DNA from: Caulobacter sp.
GTDB taxonomy: Bacteria; Pseudomonadota; Alphaproteobacteria; Caulobacterales; Caulobacteraceae
Assembly: GCA_028291055.1 (NCBI GenBank)
Contig: JAQGIP010000133.1
Span: forward strand, 3,113 to 67,112
DNA length: 64,000 nucleotides
Direction of reading: 5' to 3'
The notes beneath the pieces were generated by a model, which made no database searches, was not told where the DNA came from, and saw only the letters and a program-made list of their open reading frames with translations. Numbering within the stretch: the stretch's first letter is position 1; each line of letters begins with the position of its first letter. Below are positions 55,153-64,000 of this stretch, piece by piece. A program made the translations under genes and the position numbers.

Positions 55153-55895
55153 CCCCCATCTACCGGCAGGATGGTCCCATGCACATAGTCCGATGCGCTC
55201 GACGCCAGGAAAACCGCCGCGCCGCCCAGATCGGAGGCCTTGCCCCAACGCCCGGCCGGAATGCGGCCGAGGATTTCCTTGGAGCGGCCCTCATCGTTGC
55301 GCAGCACCTCGGTGTTGTTGGTGGCGAAATAGCCCGGGGCGATGGCGTTGACGTTGATGCCCTTGGCCGCCCACTCGTTGGCCAGCAGCTTGGTCAGGCC
55401 GGCGATACCGCTCTTGGACGCGGTGTAGGAGGCCACGCGGATGCCGCCCTGGAAGGACAGCATCGAGGCGATGTTGATGATCTTGCCGCCCTTGCCCGCC
55501 GCCAGCATGGCCTTGGCGGCCGACTGGGCGAGGAAGAAGGCGGACTTCAGATTGACGTTCATCACCGCGTCCCAGTCGTCCTCGGTGAACTCCAACGCGT
55601 CGTTGCGCCGGATGATCCCGGCGTTGTTGACCAGGATGTCGGGGGCGCCCAAGCCATCGACGCAGGCCTGAACCACGCTGGGCGCCAGGCCCGGATCGGA
55701 GAGGTCGGCCTCGATGGTCAGGAAGCGGCGGCCGAGCGCCCTCACGGCGGCCTCGGTGTCGTTGGGCGGCGAACGGCCGGCGGCGGCGATATTGCAGCCG
55801 GCCGCGGCCAGGGCCTCGGCGATTGCCTGTCCCAGGCCAGTGTTGGCGCCGGTGACGAGCGCCACCTTGCCGGTCAGATCGAACAGGTTGCTCAC
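55137..55895 (-). CDS. kduD: 2-dehydro-3-deoxy-D-gluconate 5-dehydrogenase
   Basis: MSNLFDLTGKVALVTGANTGLGQAIA...NNAGI...YTASKSGIAGLTK. An SDR directly downstream of kduI. Confidence 0.85.
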   Translation of the reverse strand: MSNLFDLTGKVALVTGANTGLGQAIAEALAAAGCNIAAAGRSPPNDTEAAVRALGRRFLTIEADLSDPGLAPSVVQACVDGLGAPDILVNNAGIIRRNDALEFTEDDWDAVMNVNLKSAFFLAQSAAKAMLAAGKGGKIINIASMLSFQGGIRVASYTASKSGIAGLTKLLANEWAAKGINVNAIAPGYFATNNTEVLRNDEGRSKEILGRIPAGRWGKASDLGGAAVFLASSASDYVHGTILPVDGGWLAR

Positions 55896-55900
55896 GGGAC

Positions 55901-56743
55901 CTACTTCAGCTGGCAGATGTCGAGGACGTTCATGTCGGTGTAGTCGAGGTTCTCACCGCCCATGGCCCAGATGAAGGCATAGTTGCTCGTGCCCGACCCC
56001 ATGTGGATCGACCAGGGCGGGGAGACCACGGCCTCTTCGTTGGCCACCACGATATGGCGGGCGCTGTCGGGCTCGCCCATGAAGTGGAAGACGCGCTCGT
56101 CCTCTTTCAGGCCGAAGTAGAAATAGATCTCCGAGCGGCGGTCGTGCAGGTGCGGCGGCATGGTGTTCCACACGCTGCCGGTCTTCAGGATGGTCAGGCC
56201 CAGCAGCAGCTGAGCGGACTGGCAGACGCCCGGGATGATGTATTGGTAGATGGTGCGCTCGTTGGAGGTCTCCAGCGCGCCGCGCTCCAGCGGCGTGGCC
56301 TTCTCGATGGCCAGGTGCTGGGTCGGATAGCTGGCGTGGGCCGGGGTCGAGGCCAGGTAGAAGCGGGCGTTTCCGCCGGCGCTCTCGAAGACCACGTCCT
56401 TCGCGCCCATGCCGATATAGAGCCCATCACGCGGCTTCAGGTCATAGGCCACGCCATCGACTGTGACCTTGCCTTCACCCTCGCCGACGTTGATCAGGCC
56501 CAGTTCCCGGCGTTCCAGGAAGGGGTGGCCGGCCGCCGAGGCGGGCTCGGTCTGGTCGGGCAGGCGCACGGGCTTGGAGACGGGCATGGCGCCACCGATC
56601 ACGAAGCGCTCGTTGTGCGAATAGTTCAGAGCCACGGCGTCGGGCGCGAACAGGGCCGACAGCAGGTAGCGGTCGCGCAGTTCGTCATTGCTGGCCCCGT
56701 CCATCATGTCCGGGTGGGTGGCGTGCAGGGTCTTGTTGAACAC
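55901..56743 (-). CDS. kduI: 5-dehydro-4-deoxy-D-glucuronate isomerase
   Basis: ...[11 protein letters not shown]...[14 protein letters not shown]-like region...[16 protein letters not shown]...AMGGEN, cupin fold, 280 aa. Confidence 0.88.
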   Translation of the reverse strand: MFNKTLHATHPDMMDGASNDELRDRYLLSALFAPDAVALNYSHNERFVIGGAMPVSKPVRLPDQTEPASAAGHPFLERRELGLINVGEGEGKVTVDGVAYDLKPRDGLYIGMGAKDVVFESAGGNARFYLASTPAHASYPTQHLAIEKATPLERGALETSNERTIYQYIIPGVCQSAQLLLGLTILKTGSVWNTMPPHLHDRRSEIYFYFGLKEDERVFHFMGEPDSARHIVVANEEAVVSPPWSIHMGSGTSNYAFIWAMGGENLDYTDMNVLDICQLK

Positions 56744-56761
56744 GGGCGGGTCTCCGGAAAA

Positions 56762-58210
56762 TCAGGCGGTGAGGGTTTGTGGGCTGAGCGCGGGCGCGTC
56801 CAGCCGGTAGGCGGCCCTGGGCAGGCGGTAGGCGAGGTCCACGGCGGTCTCGGCGGCTTCGCTCAGGCTCATGCGGTGCTCGCTGACCAGCCGGGCCAGA
56901 AAGGAACAGTCCACGCGCCGGGCCAGGTCGTGGCGGGCGGGGATGGAGAGGAAGGCGCGGGTGTCGTCGTTGAAGCCGACGGTGTTGTAGAAGCCCGCCG
57001 TCTCGGTGGTCTGCTCGCGGAAACGGCGCATGCCCTCGGGGCTGTCGTGGAACCACCAGGAGGGGCCCAGTTTCAGGCAGGGATAGTGGCCGGCCAGGGG
57101 GGCGAGCTCGCGGCTGTAGGCCGTCTCGTCCAGGGTGAAGAGGATGATCGACAGGCGTGGATCGTTACCGTGGGCGTCGAGCAGGGGCTTCAGGGCGCGG
57201 ACGTATTCGGTGGGCCGAGGAATGTCGGCGCCCTTGTCGCGGCCGTAGGCATCGAACAGCAGCCGGTTGTGGTTGCGGAACGAGCCCGGGTGGATCTGCA
57301 TCACCAGCCCGTCGTCGAGGCTCATGCGCGCCATCTCGGTCAGCATCTGGGCGCGGAACAGCTCGGCCCGCTCCGGCGTCACACCGCCGGAGATGATGGC
57401 ATCGAACAGGGCTTCGGCCTCGGCGGGCGCGAGGTCGGCGGTGGCCGCGCTCGGGTGACCATGATCGGTGGAGGTGGCGCCCGCATCGATGAAGGCGGCG
57501 CGCCGGATGCGATGGGCCTCCAGATAGCCGGCCCAGTCATGGACATCCTGGCCGGTCAGGCCGGCGAAGGTCTCCAGCGCCTCGCCGAAGCTCTCATGCT
57601 CCGCATCGATGACGGCGTCGGGCCGATAGGCGGTGACCACCCTGCCCTTCCAGCCGCTCTCCCGGATCGCGTGGTGGTGGCGCAGCGTCTCATGCGGCCC
57701 CTCGGTGGTGGCCAGCAGCTCGATGTTGAAGCGGTCGAACAGGGCGCGCGGGCGGAAGGCGTCCGACGCGAGCTTCTCATTGATGGTGTCGAAGTAGAGA
57801 TCGGCCGTCTCCGGCTCCAGGGCGACTTCGAAGCCGAACACCTTGGAGAAGACGTAAGCCAGCCACAGCGCCGACGGCGTGCCTCGGAACAGATGCTGGT
57901 TGGCCGCGAAAATCCGCCAGGCCTCGCGCGGATCGGCGGCGGACAGGCCGGCGCGCGAGGGCACGCCCAGCCGCTCCAGTCCGATGCCCTGGCTGTAGAG
58001 CATACGGTAGAGATAGTGGTCGGGCGCCAGCAGCAGCTCGGTGGCGTTGCCGAACGGTTCGTTCAGCGAAAACCAGGTCGGGTCGGTGTGGCCGTGCGGG
58101 CTGATGACCGGCATGGCGGCGACCGCGCCATAGAGCTCACGCGCGATGCCGCGCACCGCAGCGTCGGCGGGGAACAGGCGATCGTCATGCAGTTCCAGGG
58201 GCCTGGCCAT
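56762..58210 (-). CDS. uxaC: glucuronate (uronate) isomerase
   Basis: LHDDRLFPADAAVRGIARELY...PVISPHGHTDP...ELLLAPDHYLYRML... Confidence 0.9.
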   Translation of the reverse strand: MARPLELHDDRLFPADAAVRGIARELYGAVAAMPVISPHGHTDPTWFSLNEPFGNATELLLAPDHYLYRMLYSQGIGLERLGVPSRAGLSAADPREAWRIFAANQHLFRGTPSALWLAYVFSKVFGFEVALEPETADLYFDTINEKLASDAFRPRALFDRFNIELLATTEGPHETLRHHHAIRESGWKGRVVTAYRPDAVIDAEHESFGEALETFAGLTGQDVHDWAGYLEAHRIRRAAFIDAGATSTDHGHPSAATADLAPAEAEALFDAIISGGVTPERAELFRAQMLTEMARMSLDDGLVMQIHPGSFRNHNRLLFDAYGRDKGADIPRPTEYVRALKPLLDAHGNDPRLSIILFTLDETAYSRELAPLAGHYPCLKLGPSWWFHDSPEGMRRFREQTTETAGFYNTVGFNDDTRAFLSIPARHDLARRVDCSFLARLVSEHRMSLSEAAETAVDLAYRLPRAAYRLDAPALSPQTLTA

Positions 58211-58273
58211 CGGCGCCGCCTATCCTCCCACTGTTGTCAGCGCCCTGGCGTAGGCGCGCCGGGCCGCGACCTA

Positions 58274-58287
58274 GGTAACCGGTGTCA
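58274..58287. promoter_or_regulatory. LacI-family operator O3 (reverse complement TGACACCGGTTACC)
   Basis: Lies 64 nt upstream of the uxaC start and has the same invariant half-site. Confidence 0.6.
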
Positions 58288-58331
58288 TAGATCAGTGCAA
58301 GGTTGGAGTGATGGGCTGATCCCGTGTGGGC

Positions 58332-58811
58332 CTAGACCTTGAGGAGGTTGGCCGACCTGAGCAGGTTGGACTTGGGAATCGCCGCCTTGAACGCCCCGCC
58401 CTTGGCCTTGTCGCGGCCGAGTTCGGCCCAGGCGGATACGAAGCCCAGCGCGGTATTCGGCGCCGCCTGCCCTATCGCCACCTTCAACGGCCGCTTGCCG
58501 AGGCCGCTGACCAGCCTGGCCCATAGGTCGAGGTCCGCTTCCGGCGCGTCGCTCCCCGCCCCGCCCGCCACCAGGCGCTCCAGGATGGCCAAGCGGCTGT
58601 TGGCGGTGTGGATGATCAGGGGCGTACCTGCCGCCAGACCCGGCACGGCAGAGGAAAGGCCGGTCAGTTCCAGCCGCTCAAAGGTGATGTTGCGCTCACC
58701 CCCTGCCCCACCGCTCAATTCGCCGTCCATAGAGCGCACCCAGGCGAAACCGCCGCCCTTGTAGGGGGCGCTGTAGGTGGCGTGGAACCAGAGATGGATG
58801 GGTCCGGCCAA
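58332..58811 (-). CDS. RNase H-like fold protein with degenerate active site (hypothetical)
   Basis: It aligns by eye to RNase HI blocks: IHLWFHATYS...GGGFAWV (the DG...GGxG block), ERLELTGLSSAV (the MEL block), LIIHTANSRL (the TDS block), DLDLWARL. Only the Glu of the DEDD tetrad is retained. TTG start 2 nt after the LacI gene stop. Confidence 0.5.
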   Translation of the reverse strand: MAGPIHLWFHATYSAPYKGGGFAWVRSMDGELSGGAGGERNITFERLELTGLSSAVPGLAAGTPLIIHTANSRLAILERLVAGGAGSDAPEADLDLWARLVSGLGKRPLKVAIGQAAPNTALGFVSAWAELGRDKAKGGAFKAAIPKSNLLRSANLLKV

Positions 58812-58813
58812 GA

Positions 58814-59890
58814 TCAGGCCGGGGGCTTGGCCGTGGATTCGCGCACCACCAGCGAGGGCAGCATGTCCTTGGCGTCGCGTTTGCCGCGTTCGCCGGATCC
58901 GATCAGCTTTTCGGCCGCCATTTTGCCGATCTCGCGGGTCGGCGCGCGCATGGTGGTCAGCGCCGGCCAGACACGCGAGGCGATCTGGAAATCGTCGAAG
59001 CCGATGACCGAGACGTCTTTCGGCACGTCCAGCCCGGCGCGGCGGGCGGCATGCAGCACGCCGGCCGCCATCTCGTCGTTGCCGGCGAAGATGGCGGTGG
59101 GGCGGGGGTTCAGCTTCAGCAGGGCCTCGCCGCCCTCGATGCCGGATTCGAAGGTGTAGGCGCCTTGGTAGATGTGGCCGTCGGGGAGTGTCACCCCACG
59201 CTCCGTCAGCCCGTCGACGAAGCCACCTTTGCGCTCATGGCTGGAACGGAAGCTGTCGGGCCCGGCGATGAAGGCCACGCGGGTGTGGCCCAGGTCGAGC
59301 AGATGCAGCGCCGCTTCGCGCCCGCCCAGGCGGTCGTGCGAGACGATCATGTGGTCGGTGTGGTCGAGCTCCACCGAGGCGATGCGGATGTATTCGCAGC
59401 CGATGTCGGCCAGCAGCTGGGCCGCGCCCTCGTCCTCCGACACCGACGGGGTCAGCACCACGCCATAGAGCTTCTGGCGCTCCACGAAGCTGCGCATGTC
59501 GGCCAGGAAGGAGGGGCTGGAGCGGTCGCAGGGGTGCACCACCAGCTCGAAGCCGGACCCGCGCATGCCGTCCAGCAGGCCCAGTTGCATGTTCACGACA
59601 TACTGGGGGTTGGGGTTGTCGTAGATCAGGCCGATCAGGAAGGAGCGGCGGAAGGCCAGGCCCCGCGCCTGCGGATCCGGCGCATAGCCGGTCTCGGCGA
59701 TCACCGCCTCGATGCGCTCGCGGGTCTCCTGCTGCACGAAGGGCGAGGCGTTGATGACGCGCGACACCGTCTTCTTCGACACTCCGGCCAGGCGCGCGAT
59801 GTCGTTGATCGTGGGGCGCCGGCGGCTGCGCTCGGTCTCCGGCGGATCGTCGGAACCGGAACGGGGGGCGGGCGGATCGGATCGGCTCAA
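58814..59890 (-). CDS. LacI-family transcriptional regulator (hexuronate regulon)
   Basis: PTINDIARLAGVSKKTVSRVINASPFVQQETRERIEAVIAETGYAPDPQAR HTH, plus a periplasmic-binding-protein-like effector domain. Confidence 0.9.
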   Translation of the reverse strand: MSRSDPPAPRSGSDDPPETERSRRRPTINDIARLAGVSKKTVSRVINASPFVQQETRERIEAVIAETGYAPDPQARGLAFRRSFLIGLIYDNPNPQYVVNMQLGLLDGMRGSGFELVVHPCDRSSPSFLADMRSFVERQKLYGVVLTPSVSEDEGAAQLLADIGCEYIRIASVELDHTDHMIVSHDRLGGREAALHLLDLGHTRVAFIAGPDSFRSSHERKGGFVDGLTERGVTLPDGHIYQGAYTFESGIEGGEALLKLNPRPTAIFAGNDEMAAGVLHAARRAGLDVPKDVSVIGFDDFQIASRVWPALTTMRAPTREIGKMAAEKLIGSGERGKRDAKDMLPSLVVRESTAKPPA

Positions 59891-59909
59891 ACGTCAGCTC
59901 CGGCGGCAG

Positions 59910-59923
59910 GTTGAGCGGTGTCA
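59910..59923. promoter_or_regulatory. LacI-family operator O6, weaker (reverse complement TGACACCGCTCAAC)
   Basis: Retains the TGACACCG half-site and lies about 20 nt upstream of the lacI-family gene start. Confidence 0.35.
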
Positions 59924-59966
59924 TACCCCGCGCGCGCGGACCGCGCCATAGCGCCACGCCCTGGCA

Positions 59967-59980
59967 TGACACCGGTTACT
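59967..59980. promoter_or_regulatory. LacI-family operator O4 (TGACACCGGTTACT)
   Basis: Lies 38 nt upstream of the uxaA ATG in the lacI / uxaA divergent region. Confidence 0.6.
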
Positions 59981-60017
59981 TGCCTTGGCGGCCCCGTGGC
60001 CGGACAATGGACCCCTC

Positions 60018-61532
60018 ATGCCCGACCTGCCGACATCCCCCGCCCACGCCGTGTTTCGCATCGATCCGCGAGACGATGTGGCTGTGTCGCTGCGTGACAT
60101 CACGGCGGGCGAGGCGCTCGACATCGATGGCGCTGTGATCACCGCGCGGGCCGACATCCCGACGGGCCACAAGATCGCGTTGTGGCCTGTGGCGGTGGGT
60201 GCGCCCGTGCGCAAATACGGCTGGCCCATCGGCCTGGCGACCCAGGCAATCCAGCCTGGCGACCACGTCCACAGTCACAACGTCGCCACCGCCCTGGTCG
60301 GCGAGGAGGGCTACCGGTTCGAGCCCATGGTCGCCGAGGCCCTGCCCGCGCCGGGAGTCGGCCCGACCCATTTCGACGGCTACCGCCGCGCCGATGGCCG
60401 GGTCGGCACGCGAAACGAGATCTGGGTGCTGTGCACCGTGGGCTGTGTGGCCAACACCGCGCGGCGCATCGCCGAGGCGGCCAACCGGGAATTTGCCGGG
60501 CGGGTGGATGGGGTGCATGCCTTCACCCACCCCTTCGGCTGCTCGCAGCTGGGCGATGACCTTTCCCACACCCGCTCCATCCTGGCGGCCCTGGCGGCCC
60601 ATCCCAATGCGGGCGGGGTGCTGATCCTCGGGCTGGGCTGCGAGTCCAACCAGCTGGACGCCCTGCTGGCGGCCGCGCCGGGCCTGGACCCCGCGCGCCT
60701 GCGCAGCTTCACCGCCCAGGCGGAAGACGACGAGATCGAGGCGGGGTTGGCCGCCATCGCCGAGCTGGTGGCGGTGGCCGAGGGCGACCGGCGCGAACCC
60801 CGCCCCCTCGCCGACCTGGTGCTGGGTCTGAAGTGCGGCGGCTCGGACGGCTTTTCCGGCGTCACCGCCAATCCGTTGGTGGGCGCGGTGGCCGACCGCG
60901 TCGCGGCGGCGGGCGGCACGCCGGTGCTGACCGAGATCCCGGAAATCTTCGGGGCTGAACGGCTGCTGATGGCCCGCGCCATCGACCGGACGGTGTTCGA
61001 CGGTGCGGTGGAGGTGATCAACGCCTTCAAGCGCTATTTCATCGCCCACGGCGAGCCGGTGTCCGAAAACCCCTCCCCCGGCAACATCGCCGGCGGCATC
61101 ACCACCCTGGAGGAGAAGTCCCTGGGCGCGGTGCAGAAGGCCGGCCACGCGCCCCTGACCCAGGTGCTGCGCTATGGCGAGCGCGTCGGGCGCAAGGGCC
61201 TGGCTCTGCTTGAGGCGCCCGGCAACGACGCCGTCTCCTCCACGGCCCTGACGGCGGCCGGAGCCACCGTGATCCTGTTCACCACCGGTCGCGGCACGCC
61301 CCTGGGCTTCCCGGCGCCCACGCTGAAGATCGCCACCAACACGGCGCTGGCCGAGAAGAAGCCGCGCTGGATCGACTTTGACGCCGGGGTGGTGCTGGCC
61401 GGGACCGATCCGTCGGAGGCCGCCGACGCCCTGCTGGCGCTGGTGATCGAGACCGCCTCGGGCCGCGAGACCCGCGCTGAACGCAACGGCGAACGCGAGA
61501 TCGCGCTGTGGAAACAGGGCGTCACCCTTTGA
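60018..61532 (+). CDS. uxaA: altronate dehydratase (UxaA family)
   Basis: SAF domain DDVAVSLRDITAGEAL...IPTGHKIAL...GDHVHSHNV, followed by the UxaA C-domain (GCVANTA...HPFGCSQ...GLGCE...LKCGGSDGFSG). Confidence 0.85.
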   Translation: MPDLPTSPAHAVFRIDPRDDVAVSLRDITAGEALDIDGAVITARADIPTGHKIALWPVAVGAPVRKYGWPIGLATQAIQPGDHVHSHNVATALVGEEGYRFEPMVAEALPAPGVGPTHFDGYRRADGRVGTRNEIWVLCTVGCVANTARRIAEAANREFAGRVDGVHAFTHPFGCSQLGDDLSHTRSILAALAAHPNAGGVLILGLGCESNQLDALLAAAPGLDPARLRSFTAQAEDDEIEAGLAAIAELVAVAEGDRREPRPLADLVLGLKCGGSDGFSGVTANPLVGAVADRVAAAGGTPVLTEIPEIFGAERLLMARAIDRTVFDGAVEVINAFKRYFIAHGEPVSENPSPGNIAGGITTLEEKSLGAVQKAGHAPLTQVLRYGERVGRKGLALLEAPGNDAVSSTALTAAGATVILFTTGRGTPLGFPAPTLKIATNTALAEKKPRWIDFDAGVVLAGTDPSEAADALLALVIETASGRETRAERNGEREIALWKQGVTL

Positions 61533-62944
61533 GGCTGAGCCAGGCGACGTTGGGGCATGTGAGGTCGGGCGTCGACCTGCCGGCCTATGACCGTTCGAAG
61601 GTGACGACGGGCATTGTCCATTTCGGCCCCGGCGCCTTCCACCGCGCGCATCAGGCCGTCTATGTCGATGACCTGTTGGCCTCCGATCCGGGCTGGGGCA
61701 TCTGCGAGGTGTCGCTGCACAGCGAGAGCGTCGCCCAGGCCCTGACGCCTCAGGACGGCCTCTACACCCTGGCCCAGCTGGACGCGGAGACGCGGTTACG
61801 GATCGTCGGCTCGGTCCGGGAGCTGGCCGTGGCCGGACGCGACGACGAGCGGATCATGCTCCGGCTTGCCGACCCGGCTGTTCGGCTGGTCAGCCTGACG
61901 GTCACCGAGAAGGGCTATTGCCTGGGGCCGGACGGCGACCTCGACTTCAGCCACCCGGACGTGATCCGCGACCTGGCTGAGCCGACCCGGCCCGCCAGCG
62001 TCATCGGTTGGATCGCCGAGGGGCTGGCGCGACGGCGGGCGGCAGGGGTGGCGGCCTTCACGGTGCTGAGCTGCGACAACCTCACCGGCAACGGCCACAA
62101 GCTGGGCCGGGCGGTAACCGCACTGGCGCGGCGAAGCGACCCTGCCCTGGCCGACTGGATTGAAGCGGAAGTGCGCTTCCCAGACAGCATGGTCGATAGC
62201 ATCACCCCGGCCACCGACGGCGCCCTGCGCGAGCGGGTCAGGGACGCCATCGGCCTGGAGGACGCCTGGCCCATCCAGCGCGAAGCCTTCACCCAGTGGG
62301 TCATCGAGGACCGGCTTGGCCCCGGCGCGCCCGACCTGGCGTCGGTGGGTGTGATCCTGACCGACGACGTGGCCGCCTTCGAGCGCGCCAAGCTGCGGCT
62401 GCTCAACGGAGCCCATTCCACGCTGGCCTACCTGGGCCTGTTGCGCGGCCATGAGACGGTGGCGCAGTCCATGGGCGACAGCGATCTGGAGCGGCTGCTC
62501 GAAGCCCTGATGACGCAGGAGGTCTTGCCCACCCTAACCGCGCCGCGCGGTCTGGACCTACCCGCCTACGCCGCCGACATCCTGGCCCGCTTCCGCAACC
62601 CGGCCATCCGTCACAAGCTCTCCCAGATCGCCTGGGACGGCTCGCAAAAGCTGCCCTTCCGGCTGCTCGGGACCATCAGCGACCTGCTGGCCATGAACCG
62701 GCCCATCGATCGCGCGGCGCTGGGCGTCGCGGCCTGGATGCGGTTCGTGGTGCGGCAGGCAAAGACCGGCGCACCCCTTGTTGATCCCATGGCCGGCAGG
62801 TTGGCGGACATCGGGCGGTCCTGTAGCGGCGACGCCGCCCACGACGTGGCCGCCTTTGCGCGGATTGAGACGATCTTCCCTGGCGCCCTGGCGGCGGACG
62901 CGCGCTTCGTGGCGGCGTTGGAGCGAGACTACGCGAGCCTCTAA
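61508..62944 (+). CDS. mannitol dehydrogenase-family oxidoreductase (fructuronate/tagaturonate reductase candidate)
   Basis: GIVHFGPGAFHRAHQAVYVDDLL...VSLTVTEKGY...LSCDNLTGNG...DSMVDSITP...LNGAHS. The start is 61508 or TTG 61529. Confidence 0.8.
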   Translation: METGRHPLRLSQATLGHVRSGVDLPAYDRSKVTTGIVHFGPGAFHRAHQAVYVDDLLASDPGWGICEVSLHSESVAQALTPQDGLYTLAQLDAETRLRIVGSVRELAVAGRDDERIMLRLADPAVRLVSLTVTEKGYCLGPDGDLDFSHPDVIRDLAEPTRPASVIGWIAEGLARRRAAGVAAFTVLSCDNLTGNGHKLGRAVTALARRSDPALADWIEAEVRFPDSMVDSITPATDGALRERVRDAIGLEDAWPIQREAFTQWVIEDRLGPGAPDLASVGVILTDDVAAFERAKLRLLNGAHSTLAYLGLLRGHETVAQSMGDSDLERLLEALMTQEVLPTLTAPRGLDLPAYAADILARFRNPAIRHKLSQIAWDGSQKLPFRLLGTISDLLAMNRPIDRAALGVAAWMRFVVRQAKTGAPLVDPMAGRLADIGRSCSGDAAHDVAAFARIETIFPGALAADARFVAALERDYASL

Positions 62945-63927
62945 CCCCAGAGCGCGGCATCGGGCCGAGAGACGGTGGAGCCTTCGAACACCAGGCCCGG
63001 CTCTCGGTCGCGGGCAAGCAGCAGCGGTCCATCCAGGTCCACGAACGCCGCTCCACTGGTCAGCAGAAGCGCGGGGGCCATGGCCAGCGAGGTGGCAACC
63101 ATACAGCCTATCATCACGCCCAGACCCAGCGTTCGAGCCTCGGCGGCCAGCGCCAGCGCTTCCGTCAGCCCGCCGGCCTTGTCGAGCTTGATGTTGATGT
63201 GGCTGTAGCGGCGCGCGCAGTCGGCCAGTTCGGCGCGGGTGTGCAGGCTCTCGTCGGCGCACAGGGGTACGGGACTGGCCCAGCCTTCCAGCGCCCCGTC
63301 CTCGCCGGCCTTCAGCGGCTGCTCGATCAGCACCACGCCGAGGCGCGCCAGCTCCGGCGCCAATCGGGTCAGGTCGTCGAAGGCGAGCGCTTCGTTGGCA
63401 TCGACGATCAACCGCGCGCCGGACGCGGCGGCGCGCACAGCCGCCACACGCTCCAGGTCATGCGCCCCACCGATCTTCAGCTTCAGCAGCGGACGGCCCC
63501 CGGCGGCGCGCGCCGCCTGGGCCATGGCCTCGGGCTCGCCCAGGCTGATCGTATAGGCGCTGACCACGGGCCGGGGCGCCGCCAGCCCGGCCAGGGTCCA
63601 GGCCCGCACGCCGGCCCGCTTGGCCTCCAGGTCCCACAGCGCGCAGTCGAGCGCGTTGCGCGCGGCGCCCGGCGGTAGAAGGCCCTGCAAGGCCGGGCGG
63701 CCGGCCCCGGCTTCCAAGGCCGTGCGGGCGGTCTCCATCTGGGCCAGCACGCGCTCCACGCTCTCGCCGTAGCGGGCGTAGGGCGTCGCCTCCCCGCGCC
63801 CGCGATGGGGCCCATCGGCCAGTTCCGCGACCACCACATGCGCTTCGGTCTTTGCCCCGCGCGCGATGACGAAGGCCCGCGCGATGGGCCAGCGTTCGTC
63901 GCACAGGGTGAGGCGGATCGGGGACAT
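62941..63927 (-). CDS. enolase-superfamily dipeptide (L-Ala-D/L-Glu) epimerase-like
   Basis: ...IARGAKTEAHVVVAEL...GRGEATPYARYGES...ALDCALWDLEAK...KLKIG...DANEAL...IEQP... MR/MLE-type motifs. Start is ATG 63927. Confidence 0.78.
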   Translation of the reverse strand: MSPIRLTLCDERWPIARAFVIARGAKTEAHVVVAELADGPHRGRGEATPYARYGESVERVLAQMETARTALEAGAGRPALQGLLPPGAARNALDCALWDLEAKRAGVRAWTLAGLAAPRPVVSAYTISLGEPEAMAQAARAAGGRPLLKLKIGGAHDLERVAAVRAAASGARLIVDANEALAFDDLTRLAPELARLGVVLIEQPLKAGEDGALEGWASPVPLCADESLHTRAELADCARRYSHINIKLDKAGGLTEALALAAEARTLGLGVMIGCMVATSLAMAPALLLTSGAAFVDLDGPLLLARDREPGLVFEGSTVSRPDAALWG

Positions 63928-64000
63928 GGCCCATAGTATCGGCCCCGGCTCTGGACGGAAGCCGCGCCGCCGTTGCACCCTCCCGCTTTATCGGAGCCCA

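Overview
This is a high-GC chromosomal segment, by eye in the high 60s percent, from a Caulobacter-like alphaproteobacterium. That attribution is an inference from gene content (many TonB-dependent receptors), codon style and repeat types. About 54 genes are supported, and the coding is dense, with many 1-4 nt start/stop overlaps (ATGA, GTGA, TTGA). The window falls into three functional blocks. (1) 0-8 kb holds miscellaneous genes: a small Met/Lys-rich secreted protein, a GST, an MFS transporter, a hybrid sensor kinase, a CoA-transferase, and an rcnR-rcnA Ni/Co efflux pair. (2) 8.3-29 kb is a contiguous nitrogen-salvage block. It contains urease ureD-A-J-B-C-E-F-G and a complete xanthine-to-glyoxylate ureide pathway (xdhABC, puuD, uraH, uraD, puuE, alc, allA). 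(3) 41-63 kb is a pectin/hexuronate utilisation locus: pectate lyase, exuT, kdgK, eda, a TonB receptor, kduD, kduI, uxaC, uxaA, a mannitol-dehydrogenase-family reductase and a LacI regulator. A recognisable operator, TGACACCGG-N5, occurs six times in this locus. Between blocks 2 and 3 lie a quinohaemoprotein alcohol dehydrogenase, a TonB receptor with no signal peptide, and an fdhD / YdeP-type molybdoenzyme / mobA cluster. I found no rRNA, tRNA, CRISPR array, IS element, transposase, integrase or phage genes. I also found no convincing novel multi-gene protein system such as a defence island. The structure not explained by the protein genes is non-coding, and consists of at least three families of long palindromic MITE/REP-like elements. 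They fill intergenic gaps exactly from stop codon to stop codon, sit inside operons, and in one case lie in frame inside the signal-peptide region of the urease-linked Ni permease gene ureJ. There is also a symmetric triple-hairpin element covering the allantoicase ribosome-binding site. Smaller oddities are a degenerate RNase H-like gene coupled to the LacI regulator, a frameshifted adhesin-E-like gene, and a secreted M20 hydrolase coupled into the purine operon. The supplied ORF track uses GTG/TTG as well as ATG starts and takes the most upstream one, so I trimmed many starts. All long antisense ORFs are treated as high-GC artefacts.
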